DNA of 63,994 nucleotides, the filler included, from Asterionella formosa (Eukaryota), in assembly GCA_002256025.1 (NCBI GenBank). It is 21 parts of 21 records of this genome, joined end to end, with 100 filler letters (N's around TTAATTAATTAA, not from the genome) between each part and the next. Parts side by side here need not be neighbours in the genome. Positions count along the whole stretch, not along the records: positions 24,488 to 27,444 come from NKIB01014617.1; positions 27,545 to 30,498 come from NKIB01014618.1; positions 30,599 to 33,549 come from NKIB01014619.1; positions 33,650 to 36,597 come from NKIB01014620.1; positions 36,698 to 39,646 come from NKIB01014622.1; 16 more parts are not named here. One strand, written 5' to 3'. A model generated the notes under the pieces. The model was not told the origin of the DNA. It worked only from the letters and a program-made list of their open reading frames with translations, and ran no database searches. Shown in pieces: positions 25,956-37,879 of the stretch (positions within the stretch are counted from its first letter, which is position 1; the number at the start of each line of letters is the position of its first letter). A program made the translations under genes and the position numbers.

Positions 25956-26422
25956 GATGCGCCTTGTGCGACTTCTTCAGACTCTGGATGGTCTGGTACC
26001 CTCAGATCTTGTCTCTGGACTCTCAATTGTCCGCTTGTTGTTGATTGTGGTATCACGGCTCTTCCTGGCCGGCTAATTCTATTAAAACTGTTGAAATTGC
26101 GTCCCGAAGCACTCTATGCTTTCTTGTATCCTGTAAGGACACGTCAGGGACCAAATAGGCTGTAGATATAACAACGATGTCTCCGTGATCGATTGTAATC
26201 GTTCCTAAGAGTTTTAATAGAATTATGGGTTTTTACTGTTGGCGTAGATTGTTTTCGAATTCTCTGGTACCATATTCTTTCTTGATTCATTCGATTCAAT
26301 ATGTAGTAGGTAATTTATACCGGGATTTTCTTTCCTAAAATATTTTCTCCAACACAAGGTAAGTCCATGGACTTGTGATATATCAAGAAGAAGCGACAAA
26401 TCGTGTCGAGATAATCGAGATT

Positions 26423-26842
26423 TGAGGGAAACCACCGAATATCAAATACAAATAAACGTAGTTTAATAACCAATAAGACAGGATCAATATCGAACGAATC
26501 TATTTTAGTTATATGAGATAGTATCGTCATTTCCACAAAAGGTAACTCATCAACCATCAGTTGGATCGCTCACAAAACGGCAACAAGAGGAGACCGGGAA
26601 CATTCGAATATACATGAATGACACCTGTAACATCGCCCATACCACCTCTCAAATCGATACTGATATCGCCACCAAACATTGTCAAGGAGGACCCAGCAGC
26701 TTTGATGGAAACGGCATCGGCATCTGAAGCAAGTTACAAATCGAATCCAACAACAACCGAAAACAAACCCGGAAACCCATCAGATACTTTCATACCGGGA
26801 TCATACGACTATTCACCCGTAGGAACTTCGAATATTCTCACA
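26423..26842 (-). mobile_element. Copia 5' LTR (420 bp)
   Basis: Lies upstream of gag in the same orientation and matches 21519-21938. Confidence 0.92.
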
Positions 26843-27579
26843 AGATCATCTGCTACACATTGTCGAAAGAATTGACATTTGATGGTAAGGGCCGTTCTTA
26901 TCATTTTTTTTCGTGTATCACGGAATTTGAATTTTTTTGAAAATGTATCAGCAACGGTAACTCGATTTGAACTGAATTTCATTCATTCCAAAAGTGTCAC
27001 TGTATCACTAATTTGTGATCACAGTGTATCATGGAGTAACAAGGATTGTCAACGGTGACAGGCCAGCTACGAGCATCTAGATATATATGAGCAGTAATAT
27101 GCATATGCGTAGCTTAAATAAAAATAACAACCGGAATAAAAAACAAATATCATATCATCTTACGGAGCCTGTGCGGTACATGCTACTAGCCCCTGGTACC
27201 AGGTATTGAGAGACTCGTCAACACATTGACCATGTCGATAATCAGCTATTTCTCCATCAAAATGGCAAAGGAGTCGCTGCGCTTTTGCGGTCTAAGATAT
27301 CATTGTACGAACGATGCAATAGAAAAGGAAATATAGATATATCTTTAAAATTGCATAAGAAATTACGAATCAACAATGTAGAAGAGGAACATTCGTCATT
27401 TTATATGATTGCAAATAGAACTATTGATTTGTTATGGCAACGACNNNNNNNNNNNNNNNNNNNNNNNNNNNNNNNNNNNNNNNNNNNNTTAATTAATTAA
27501 NNNNNNNNNNNNNNNNNNNNNNNNNNNNNNNNNNNNNNNNNNNNGGGAGTCGAACCCAACAATTGCTTCTCAAACAATT

Positions 27580-27645
27580 TGTGGGAGTCGAACCTCACAA
27601 CCTCAGATCAAAGGCAATGTGCTTAACCACTAAGCCATTCCCTAG
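27580..27645 (-). ncRNA. tRNA-derived sequence (pseudo-tRNA or SINE head)
   Basis: A-box TGGCTTAGTGG and B-box GGTTCGACTCCC at tRNA-like spacing. Acceptor and anticodon stems do not pair. A second B-box lies at the contig edge. Confidence 0.55.
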
Positions 27646-28499
27646 AGTGGAGAATAAAAGTGAGACTGCCTTAAAAATCAGAAATCTGTCGCCTTATCTG
27701 AATCAACATTGCATTCATCATCTTTACCTTTTATTTACTTATTCATTGATGTACTAGCTAGATACGCCATCAAATGTGTTGTCATTGTCAATTTTCCTTT
27801 TGGCGTCATTTTTCAACTATGTGGTGCAAGGATGATGATGCAGATTGAATATTTGATTAATTAAAAATGGGCGCAGACACAGTTGTGCTCATGTAGTATT
27901 TATAGAATGTACCAAAAAAGCTACAGTAAAATGAACACATAAAAATACTGGCGCAGGTTTGTAGGAGTCTACCATGAGGACCACCAATTTACGACCCCTT
28001 CAATTACCAGTAGCAATAGATACCGGTACATTAAGAAAATAAGTATGCCTGCCTGGATTCATGCTCGAGGTACCTGGTACCTGGCAGGTACCAGGGTACC
28101 TAACATATACGCACCAGTAGACTCCTCCCGCTTTGGTAATATCGCTTGAGTATAATGCATGTAGTATATGGTTTGCGTCCATACATACATGTGATTCACA
28201 GGATCAAAAAACTTACGGTGTACATGAGCGTCCTCTTTATTAAAATTTTTGGGGATACATTGGTATGGCTGGGTGCATCATGAAACTGCATTAGGTACTA
28301 GTAGCCACCGTAGCTCCTACCAGTGCAACATATACCGGCATTTAGCTTATGTAAAATATTAATATATATAACATCTATATGAATGAATTTTATGAACGGA
28401 TGCATATAATTTTTGAATCAGTTTTCATTGTTGACGTTGTTGAGTTCATTCATGACGAACTTGAAATCGAAGTCCATTGCACAGCGATGGTTACAAATC

Positions 28500-29950
28500 G
28501 TTGTAGTAGCTTTGTAACCACTACTATAGGACCATATTTGAGACAGCCTATACAGTTTCAGGTCCAAGCTTACCCACTATCAAGCGCAGCATGGTAGGCC
28601 ATTAAGTATTGATGAGCTTGCCGTGCAAATTTTCGGGTTTTTAAAACTTCTGCTGACAATGAGACGCTCTCACACCATCATTGAATCTCTCCTTTCCTCG
28701 TTTATGCGACAGGGTCAAGTTGCCATAATATTCCTTGGAACATGCCCAAATGTAATCTATGCCTTCGCCAGCAGCCATTTCGGCATGGCATTTTGGTGTT
28801 AACATAACAGTGACCCCAAGTTTCCTCCCTTCATGTTGAATTATTTTTCCTCATTTATAAAGTCTGAGCATACACCTATGATTTCGCAAAGGCTTTTAGT
28901 TCGCTCAGTGATCCCAAGATTGTTATCTTTTCCATTCAGAGAGTATTTCTGCAAATTGTTATGATCAATCAGTCCCCTCTCCCACAGAACTTGGACTAGT
29001 CCCTGTGTCTTGCCTTCCCAGCCTTCTTTCTTATTCTGCATTGTCCTTTTGATTGGAATGGCATGCTGTGCTTGTGCACAGCAGTAGAACAAGCTCGAAT
29101 TTGTTTTGGTGTTGACTCTAATGCCTCTCAACTCTCAGACTGGTTTTTTCGATTTCAGAGAATGTCTCCAACAGAGTGTCATATCTACAATTTTCTCTAT
29201 CTGGCTGCTTCTGAAATATAAAAGGGCCCTATGTTATTTGATTGAAATACAAGATGCTGGATTTGACCAACATGTAGTCTGGTCTCAAAGGGACCAAGGA
29301 AGCCATCAGCTTTTTCGATTACTGAATATCGCATTGATGGGGACCTTCCTTTTCAATTGTTCATACGACTTGCATTTAGGCCATCAGGTCTTTGTTTCGA
29401 ATTGCCTGAGCTGTGATCAAATAGAAATACAAAGCAAAACATGGGGAATTAATGTTCAGCACATCGATGACATCTTCCATTTGGAGAACCATATGGTTGT
29501 AGTTCCAGTAACCTTCCTTTTGTTCCCCATATTCAAAATGTACTACAAGGAATATTGATTAACATCGGTAAGTTGAGGGACTCCTTCTGCTGCCACTTCA
29601 CCAACTCTATCATCTCTCTCGCTCCCTGTCATCATCATAGTTGCTATCAATTAATTAAAAATCATTTGTGGCACCAGCTTTTCTAGAACATATTCATGCA
29701 TACATTCCGCTGAAAGCTCCTTGAGCTGCTGCACTCCAAACCTTTTGAATGCATCCTTGGCATCAGGGTTGTGTGAAAATAAACTGGGCTTTAATGTTTT
29801 TTTCTGGAGCCTTCCCAAATTTTTTTCGATAAATGGCCAATTGACAATACCAGAACTGTAGGGTTCTCCAATTAGAATAGTTCTATAAACCTATATCATT
29901 CATTGCCTTTCGCTATGTTCCTCTTTCAATGCCTTGAACAGCATCAATAA
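28500..29950 (-). pseudogene. Degraded DDE transposase, IS630/Tc1-like
   Basis: EGWEGKTQGLVQVLWERGLID...CSDFINE...LTPKCHAEMAAGEGIDYIWACSK, with many frameshifts. Boundaries approximate. Confidence 0.75.
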
Positions 29951-30237
29951 ATTTCCTGAGTGCAATTGAAATGTACAAGCTTCACTGTCAAATGGAGTGA
30001 ATGTCATGCTCTGAGCATGTCTTGTTTGGTTCCCCTCCATCAACTACTGATCTCCAAGAGGTTGCATGTCGATTCACATTATCAAGAAGCTCAATCCGTT
30101 CAAAGAAAACAGCCAAGACATTGACAGATGAACCATATTTGGATTCTGGAGCAAATATTCTTCTTGTATCACCAGAGATCCACCAATTGTATGCTAATAA
30201 TTCTGGCTAAATAACTTCTTGAGCGGTTGCATTTAGC

Positions 30238-30498
30238 TGCGGCGATGCTTCAACCGGCTTTGGAACCAGCATATATCATCAAAACTTCCTTGTACAGCCA
30301 GGACTTATAGCTAATTTTGGAACCAGCATATATCATCAAAACTTCCTTGTACAGCCAGGACTTATAGCTAATGCTACTGTGAATCATCGCCAGAGGATCC
30401 TGTCTACTAGTACCACAGGGCATCCTTGTCGATGGAATGATAAAACATTAATCAACTTTGATACTTTTGCTCGAGGCATCCAGAATGGTGGAGATGCC
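30238..30498 (+). pseudogene. PIF/Harbinger-like transposase fragment with a 57-bp tandem duplication (30259-30372)
   Basis: CFNRLWNQH...TARTY/NATVNHRQRILSTSTTGHPCRWNDKTLINFD. Frame broken by a TA to TAGCTA insertion. Confidence 0.75.
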
Positions 30499-30738
30499 NN
30501 NNNNNNNNNNNNNNNNNNNNNNNNNNNNNNNNNNNNNNNNNNTTAATTAATTAANNNNNNNNNNNNNNNNNNNNNNNNNNNNNNNNNNNNNNNNNNNNAG
30601 GTAGTATCACATACAGTAGAAATAAAGATTTCTTCTCATCTTTGTACTATACTATAATTATAATTATAGTATTGCTAAATACTACGGTATACCTCATACG
30701 TAAGAAACCCTCACAGCCATCAGGCATCGCTCATCACC

Positions 30739-31695
30739 ATGGGGAAGAACACGCAAGCAGCCACTCCCCTCATCAAGGGGTACCTACCTGTTCGACTGAC
30801 ACTACCTGCCGGTAACGAAGAACCTGAGGACACCTTCTTTTACGTGAAGGAGCACGTTGCTGGCGATAAGAACACCCTATTTGTTTGCAACGCTCCTGTG
30901 GTTCCTGGAATTCAAACTCGCATACTCTTGAGGAGCTTGCTAGGCCGGTACGGAGATGTAGAGCGCGTAACTGTCGTACCTAATCCTAGAAAGGCAAATC
31001 ATGAGGACTCGTTGGTTTGGACAAAACTAACGGCGCCCTCGTTTTTTGGGCCCATCCACGCCGAAGGCAAGTTTGCTCATGTGGTCTTTAGATCCTCGAA
31101 GGAGATGAAGAAAGCCATCAAGGGTTTGGATACACTCATGAGTACTAAAGAAATCTGCCCTGGACTCAAGTTGGAAAAATTGGAGATTCAAACTCTCCAG
31201 GATGAGACTGCGCGAAAGGAAGCAGGTGACGATACCAATGATGACGTGGAATCAAAGGTAGCGTTGACTGGCATTCTAGCCGTGGCAAGTCGATACAGGA
31301 AGGCTCTTGAGAACTTATCGAGGAAGGTTCTGCTGGAGGAGTGCAACGAGGTTATGGAAAAATACGAAAATGAAGAAGAAGAGGATCGTCTATCCCGAGA
31401 AAATGCAAAGAATGAACAGGATGAAGATGGCTTTACAAAGGTTTCGTATTCGTCCACAAAGGTTGGTTCCAAGCGAGACTTGGAAGTTGGTGTTACAACC
31501 ACTAATAATCGCCGAGGATCTAAACGTAGTCGAACAAAGAAGGATGCGAACGGTTCGACAAGTCAAGCTGATTTCTATCGGTTCCAGACAAAGGAAGTCA
31601 AAAAGAATAACCTTCAAAATTTGAGGTTGAAGTTTGAGGAAGACTTAGCCAAGGTCAAAAAGATGAAGGAGGAGAGAGAATACAGACCGTTTTAA
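30739..31695 (+). CDS. RRP7: Ribosomal RNA-processing protein 7
   Basis: N-terminal RRM-like region (TLFVCNAP, FAHVVF) and C-terminal DEDGFTKV...DFYRFQ...KFEEDLAKVKKMKEEREYRPF. Confidence 0.93.
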   Translation: MGKNTQAATPLIKGYLPVRLTLPAGNEEPEDTFFYVKEHVAGDKNTLFVCNAPVVPGIQTRILLRSLLGRYGDVERVTVVPNPRKANHEDSLVWTKLTAPSFFGPIHAEGKFAHVVFRSSKEMKKAIKGLDTLMSTKEICPGLKLEKLEIQTLQDETARKEAGDDTNDDVESKVALTGILAVASRYRKALENLSRKVLLEECNEVMEKYENEEEEDRLSRENAKNEQDEDGFTKVSYSSTKVGSKRDLEVGVTTTNNRRGSKRSRTKKDANGSTSQADFYRFQTKEVKKNNLQNLRLKFEEDLAKVKKMKEEREYRPF

Positions 31696-31782
31696 TAAAT
31701 TAAAATAATGCCTTACAAAACACATAACGATGCGATCTTTGTTCCATAAGTAGCAAGGTAACTATATGGCTATGCATGAGTC

Positions 31783-33099
31783 TCACAGGAGCTGGACGAA
31801 TGCCAACTGTACGAAAGCAGCAAAGAGTGTTGAAATAGCCGCCATCAACATGGCGTTGTCATAAAAATGGGACAGGGATCCAACGAGGACTCCCATCAAC
31901 ATGATAAATTTGACCCTCCATTGTTTCGAGACCCGAGGTGTCGCTTCAAGTGGGTCAGCCGACAAATCTTCCAAGTCAGCAATGGTAACAAGAAATACTG
32001 CAACGGCAATGGATAGCAAGGTTTGAGGATGGTGATACACAAATGCATTTGTTTCAAGCCAATACAATGAATCTTCGTCGACGAGAATGATTTGCGCGAA
32101 AGCCACTGCCATGGTAGGAATGGCACAAAAGAGTAAAAGATGCAGCTGCTGGCTGTGTACATAGGCCCGCGGCGCCAAGGAAAGCGTGTCGCTTTCCCTT
32201 GACACATGTGCAGTGAAATAGAGAATGAAGCAACCGATTGCAGTTGCAATAGCAGCGACAGAGCTAATAGAACCCAGGTAGTCTTCCGCACTCGTAGTTG
32301 CAGCTAAAAATATCTGTCCAATGAGTACCAGAACCATATATTCCAGACGTTCTTTAATGTGAGCCGAGTCAGTGGTGCAATTATCAACGCCGTCACCACG
32401 ATCACAAAACATCTCCAACTTGTCAGCAAGGCCGATTCGAAGAGCAATGCCAAGAGCAACTGTAGCCAACCCTGTCCAAAGCACTGCCAAATCCTTTCCA
32501 GCAAAGTAAATTAGCGCAATTGCGAGCGGTCCGCAATCAAGTATGATTGCAACAGGCATAAGATAAGCAGCTTGCTTGATCCTGGCATGTCGTGCTGGAT
32601 CCATCCAGTCTGGACAAGGAAAGAGACCATGCAAAACGACGGCTCCAGCCGCCAAACCCCTTGCTAACAGGTACATTGTCACTACCGTGATGGTATCATC
32701 TCTCTGACATGCCTTGATGAAAACAGCCAGAAGCACCAAGAACCCAAATATCCCGCCGTGATGAGCCACCTTGAGCCCTGTTCTGGTCAACACGTTGCCA
32801 ATGTTAGTCATGATAATACCCGAGGTCCATATGGAGTGAAGAAAAAATATCCTCAGCCAAAAGGACAGCCACACCTTGGCGTCAGCAGAATGATTGTCAA
32901 TGATGCCGTATCCCAAGAAGCTGACCGAAACGGCAACCGCAAGGTCTGAGAACAGTTCCACCATTGAAGTATGGTGCCCCGCGGGTTCATCCAGCATCGA
33001 GACAATGGATCGTCCTGTTCCTATGGCGACATGATTGATGTTTGCTTTTCCGTTGTCCGGAGGTAACAAGCCATTTTGTTCCGAAAGGTGGGGCACCAT
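31783..33099 (-). CDS. LtrA (low temperature requirement A) family multi-pass membrane protein
   Basis: Many hydrophobic helices. ELFSDLAVAV resembles ELFFDLVFV and HIKERLEYMVLVLIGQ resembles HLxERxGLxxIIxLGE. Confidence 0.75.
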   Translation of the reverse strand: MVPHLSEQNGLLPPDNGKANINHVAIGTGRSIVSMLDEPAGHHTSMVELFSDLAVAVSVSFLGYGIIDNHSADAKVWLSFWLRIFFLHSIWTSGIIMTNIGNVLTRTGLKVAHHGGIFGFLVLLAVFIKACQRDDTITVVTMYLLARGLAAGAVVLHGLFPCPDWMDPARHARIKQAAYLMPVAIILDCGPLAIALIYFAGKDLAVLWTGLATVALGIALRIGLADKLEMFCDRGDGVDNCTTDSAHIKERLEYMVLVLIGQIFLAATTSAEDYLGSISSVAAIATAIGCFILYFTAHVSRESDTLSLAPRAYVHSQQLHLLLFCAIPTMAVAFAQIILVDEDSLYWLETNAFVYHHPQTLLSIAVAVFLVTIADLEDLSADPLEATPRVSKQWRVKFIMLMGVLVGSLSHFYDNAMLMAAISTLFAAFVQLAFVQLL

Positions 33100-33422
33100 T
33101 TTTTCTTACAGAAAATGGATGTATGGATTTATTATGTTCTATTCAGTTCTCCTGTGTTTGGCGGCTCGATAGCTTGTGATAGCTTTAGTGTGATGCCGAT
33201 GATTGAGTATGCTTCTGATGATTGATGCCATACTACGCCGCCGGCAGTCCTTATATCGGTACTCACACCGGGATACCGGGTCGATGTCAGAATTGTCATC
33301 GAACATTGCATCAAGGCTGATCCGTCTTCCCTCCTTGTGCATCGTCATCATCACAGCCACAGTTGCGGCGGTAAAAATTTTCCTGCACGTGTAGTTCTAC
33401 GTACATTTGCCTCCCTTCGTGA

Positions 33423-33549
33423 TGTTAAAGTATTACCTTTTGTATAGATCTATATCGTTAGACAAAGAAGACTATAGATAGAGACGTTCGTTTCTCTTTC
33501 CGTTTCTATATTCTTATTGTGAGTTTACTAATCTAGTTTAGGTTGTTCT
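33423..33549 (-). mobile_element. 3' end of a Copia LTR (family of the 18373-21330 element), 324 bp upstream of the LtrA-like ATG
   Basis: Identical 116-bp overlap with 18373-18488. Terminal TGTTAAAGT on the + strand mirrors the other LTR end. Confidence 0.9.
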
Positions 33550-33727
33550 NNNNNNNNNNNNNNNNNNNNNNNNNNNNNNNNNNNNNNNNNNNNTTAATTA
33601 ATTAANNNNNNNNNNNNNNNNNNNNNNNNNNNNNNNNNNNNNNNNNNNNTAAAATATATGGAATCCAACGAATCGAGAATCAATATTCTTAGTAGTGATT
33701 AGAAACCAAGACCCAAAACATCTCGAC

Positions 33728-33910
33728 ATTTATTGACAAATGACTGGAGATGTTTACTTATTGACAAATGACTGGACTGAAGATGTTTACTTATTGACAA
33801 ATGACTGGAGATGTTACTTATTGACAAGTGAATCAGATGCTCACTTATTGTCAAAAGAAGAAGTGCTGCTCACTTATTGTCAAATGAATATGCTTACTTA
33901 TTGTCAAAGT
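33728..33910 (+). repeat. Minisatellite, about 6 copies of a 24-35 bp unit with core TTATTG(A/T)CAAA, possibly inside an LTR ending TTTAACA near 34108
   Basis: Directly visible tandem units. Confidence 0.75.
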
Positions 33911-35299
33911 AAGCAAGATCATTTTGACGGGATCAAGGAAAGTGTGAGAAGTCTTGTTCGGGATTACATGATTAATCAGGCAAGAACAAGACTAGATAGA
34001 CTATTAACAGAAAGCTCACAATATTACAAAGTGTAAAGTGAAAATACGTTTTCAGCTTTAGAGATCTTAAAAGTAAGATCTGTGATATTTCAACTAGACA
34101 ATTTAACACCATATAAGCCAGCAAGATACCTGATATTCCCTCAGGAGATATTTTCCGTCAGGGAATAAAAGAATTGCGTCGATTTGCGGTCACTCAAGCA
34201 AGTGCCAAGCAGCTTATTTTTAGAACGGATTACGTAAAAAATTTACCATTGTTCTTTTAGTAGTATATGATGGTCGCGTCTGCAAAAAAAACCCATCATA
34301 TTTCCATGATGCATCATAGGATTATGATCATCTGATCATAATTTTTCGTTATATCATCTAATAATTTTGATAAATGCCCTCGTAATTTAAATAGTAACCC
34401 TTTTGACTATGGAAATTTATATATTATTTGTATTGTTTCTTTCAGGTTCCTTTATTTAAATTTCTTGGTAGGAGAATGTACCAGTTAAAGTAATGTGGTT
34501 TGGCTCATCATCCTCTCTAGTCCCCACTCTGATTCTTGCAACAACGACAAAGCAGCCATGTCAAGCAAGAGGAATGAGTGTTTGTGATAAAATCTTCATT
34601 TTTCGTTCAAGTCATCATATGTTTTCGATGAATCATCATCTACATTGCACAGTATGTTTGTATGCAATCCGTTAAGAGCTTGAAAAGAAATCCAATGAAA
34701 ACGAAATGGCTCATCACACAAGACGAATATTTCCGACCGGTCTGTCACCAGAGCATCAATCAGTGTTACAACCTCTATCATACTAGCTAAACAACACCCA
34801 TTATAGAACAGCACAATCTACTTCTTTGTAACATCGTCTCTCTAACAAGAACGTAATACATCTAGAATTGAAACGCAGCATAGCAGGCGATATGCACAAA
34901 GAAGCATGAGACTGTCTATATATAGTAACAGAGTGATTCTGGTTTCGAAATTTTCATATCTCATCAGATTTTCTTTGTCATCGTACTAATTCTTTACCTT
35001 TGACAACAGGAGCATATTCTTTGATGTATCTGGAATGGTTCAATGGATGGCAGCATTTGGATTTAGACACAAACCTCGACAAAAGCACTACTTTGTCGAT
35101 GTTCATAACAAGCGAGACACTTTGTTTGGCCTATCGCCCACCAGCCAGTCTATATTCCAAAAATGCAAGAAGCACAAGTTGAATGCCCATTTATGGATTC
35201 AAGTTTCAGTAGTAGTACAACAATGTAATATATTAGAAACCGGAAGTCACATTTCATCTAATTACGGTTTTCATTAGCTATACTAGTATTGATTGAGAA

Positions 35300-36200
35300 G
35301 AAGCAATGGTAGAATGGCTGCCAAACGGGCGGGGGCAAACACAGAGAATCCGACTAATTTTTCTTCCCAATGATCCCAGTCCCTTCTTGAATGTCACTTT
35401 GTCAATTGCTACAGAAAATGTAGAACAGCCGCCATGATCTGTTGATTGTTGCTTTATGGTGCCACTGACCGAGACCTCCAGAAATCTCAATGAGTGCTTG
35501 TTTCTTGACTTGAATGCAAAAGGGATCGAAACCAGTGGAAAAATCAAAAGGGAACGAAAAATGGTGCTCTGCAAACATCCTCAGGACAATTGTGAAAGAG
35601 AAATGAAGGTTCTTGGGAGGAGAAGTAAAGGGATAATTGCTTCTGGTCTCCTTGCGGGAACAAGAATGGATTGAACCAAACAATGTTGACAAACAGATAC
35701 CTACAGGAAAAGGAAGCAATGCTTTCAGCATCATCAATCTATACACAAGCCTGCGCCACCTGACATGAATATAGCTACCTCGACTTCATCAATGAAGAAG
35801 TCAATGGTTGGAGCATGTGAGGAAAATCGGGGTTGAGATTTTCTTGACGCCAACGTGGACCGCCTGCTTGGCTGAACTCCTTGCAGATGAAGGCATTGAG
35901 TAACCTGGGCCTGTGAAGCCAAAGGATAAAGAAAAATCTACGACAAGGGTGGTGAGATAGTGTTTAGGAGGGGGGAGCAAAAGATATCATAGCAGAACGC
36001 ATTCGAACCTTGTATAGACAATATATGGTGACATGCCATGGCTGCTCTTGGCTGACAGCTGCCAAGTCAAGTACAAACACAACGAACGAGGGTGCACAAA
36101 AGACAGTCCATGACTGGCTGATACTTAGTTGTGAGACTCACCATTCTCCAATGGGGTGGACTTCGATCATTGCTTCGTTCAAAGCGCAATCAATTCAAAG
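35300..36200 (+). pseudogene. Highly degraded copy of the IS630/Tc1-like transposase family at 28500-29950
   Basis: Across frames: EGSWEEK, LREQEWIEPNNVDK, LDFINEE, KIGVEIFLTP, ADEGIE, TWAC. Confidence 0.6.
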
Positions 36201-37879
36201 AATGCTGTCCAGTGAAACAGCCAATGAAAACAATTGTGGCGAAAAAGCGCAGAACAGATCAAGAGCGAGATTTCATAGGAATTAAAATAACAACAGCAGG
36301 GCATATATGATGCACTGCTCTTTGTGTAGGCTATATTTGATCATTTCCATATTTCATACTATACAGGTGCATGGATGACTCCTCCCGCCCTTTCATTAGA
36401 TATGCAGCCATGTTGCGATAATTCTACAGGACCTATAGGATTGGTAGTCTGTTGGTCATCATTTCCGCATTGTATATGTATACTTCATTGTCCTGGACCC
36501 CCCCTATGGTTGCTGGACCCCCCTGTACATTTTTCTCGAGGTGGAACCAAACACCCAATAATTTTCTTGTCATAGACAAAGTAACGTGCCATAATTCNNN
36601 NNNNNNNNNNNNNNNNNNNNNNNNNNNNNNNNNNNNNNNNNTTAATTAATTAANNNNNNNNNNNNNNNNNNNNNNNNNNNNNNNNNNNNNNNNNNNNCAT
36701 GCGCTCAAGGGGAAATTCGTGGTCAAATCCTTAAATCCGCCTAGTCCCGATAGGTATTGTTTCAAACAATTCCTTGTAATCCTCTCTTGATGGGTTCAAT
36801 CAGTCGTTCACACATTCAATGATATTATGAATATGTTTGATAGATTTCCTCTAACGAATACATAAGCCTTTATACTTACTAGAAAATAGATGAGCTGCAT
36901 TTCATTTTACCGGACACTTTGACATCTACGTAGTTCACATATGAACAGGCTACATACATTATATTCCACACAAGAGTGTACCACTGGGCGGAATCCAGAA
37001 TCCGTTCATATAGCATACTTGATGTCGAAATCAACAGTACGACATCATAAATAATATTTGTTATTTCTATCATAAATATATTTTTATATATTTATATACA
37101 TATATACACCTGTATTATGTTCAAGGAGCATGGTGATACATATGGTACATTACCTGTAACCTGGTACCAGGTGTACATACCAGGCAACTCAACACAAAGT
37201 ACTAGGCGAAAGAATACAAAAGTGATCACGTTACTACAACATATAGCCGTGCAAATTAGTAAAGGAAAGTGGAAACACGATATAAACAACTGCATTGCAA
37301 ATCACGACAAACCCAATCGTTGCCGGACACAGAGAAAAACTTTTACCAAATGTTTAATTCTACTAATGTGCACTATATAATTAATTTCATACCCTGTTGG
37401 TTTTACTGCTGTCTGGTACCAGGTACCAGCCAGGTAGCTGTTGGCTCCCTGGTATAGATCCATGCATGGTTTGTTCAACATACATATTTATTGGTCATAC
37501 ATATTTCCACCATACTGTGCTTGTTCACTATTGAATAACTTTGCTTACCTGGGGCACGTTGTAATATTTCTCTGCTACAAATGATGCTTTTGCTTTGGCT
37601 GTTACTATCACTCCAGCATGTAATAAGCGATAGAATACGAAAATGATCACGTGACTACGACAAAAACCGCCCTGTGCAAATACTTTACCAGGAGGTACCG
37701 GGTACCAGGTACCAAGTACCGGTACCCTACCTGGTACATGGTTCCTGCATACACACGCTGATATCCTGGGTAGTAGCACATCAACTGGTACATACATAGG
37801 AGCATCATTGGAAACACTGCAGCTTTGGTTTCATTACCGTAAGTTTCGGATTTTAAAAACATAGGGGGAGAGGAAGAGA

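Noticed and set aside
21519..26842. The two 420-bp LTRs as ends of one element or a large inverted repeat
   Set aside because: They are on different contigs, the flanks (GATCT vs GGTTC) give no TSD, and they differ at several positions. The ORFs at 21555-21800 and 26618-26875 are just LTR translations.
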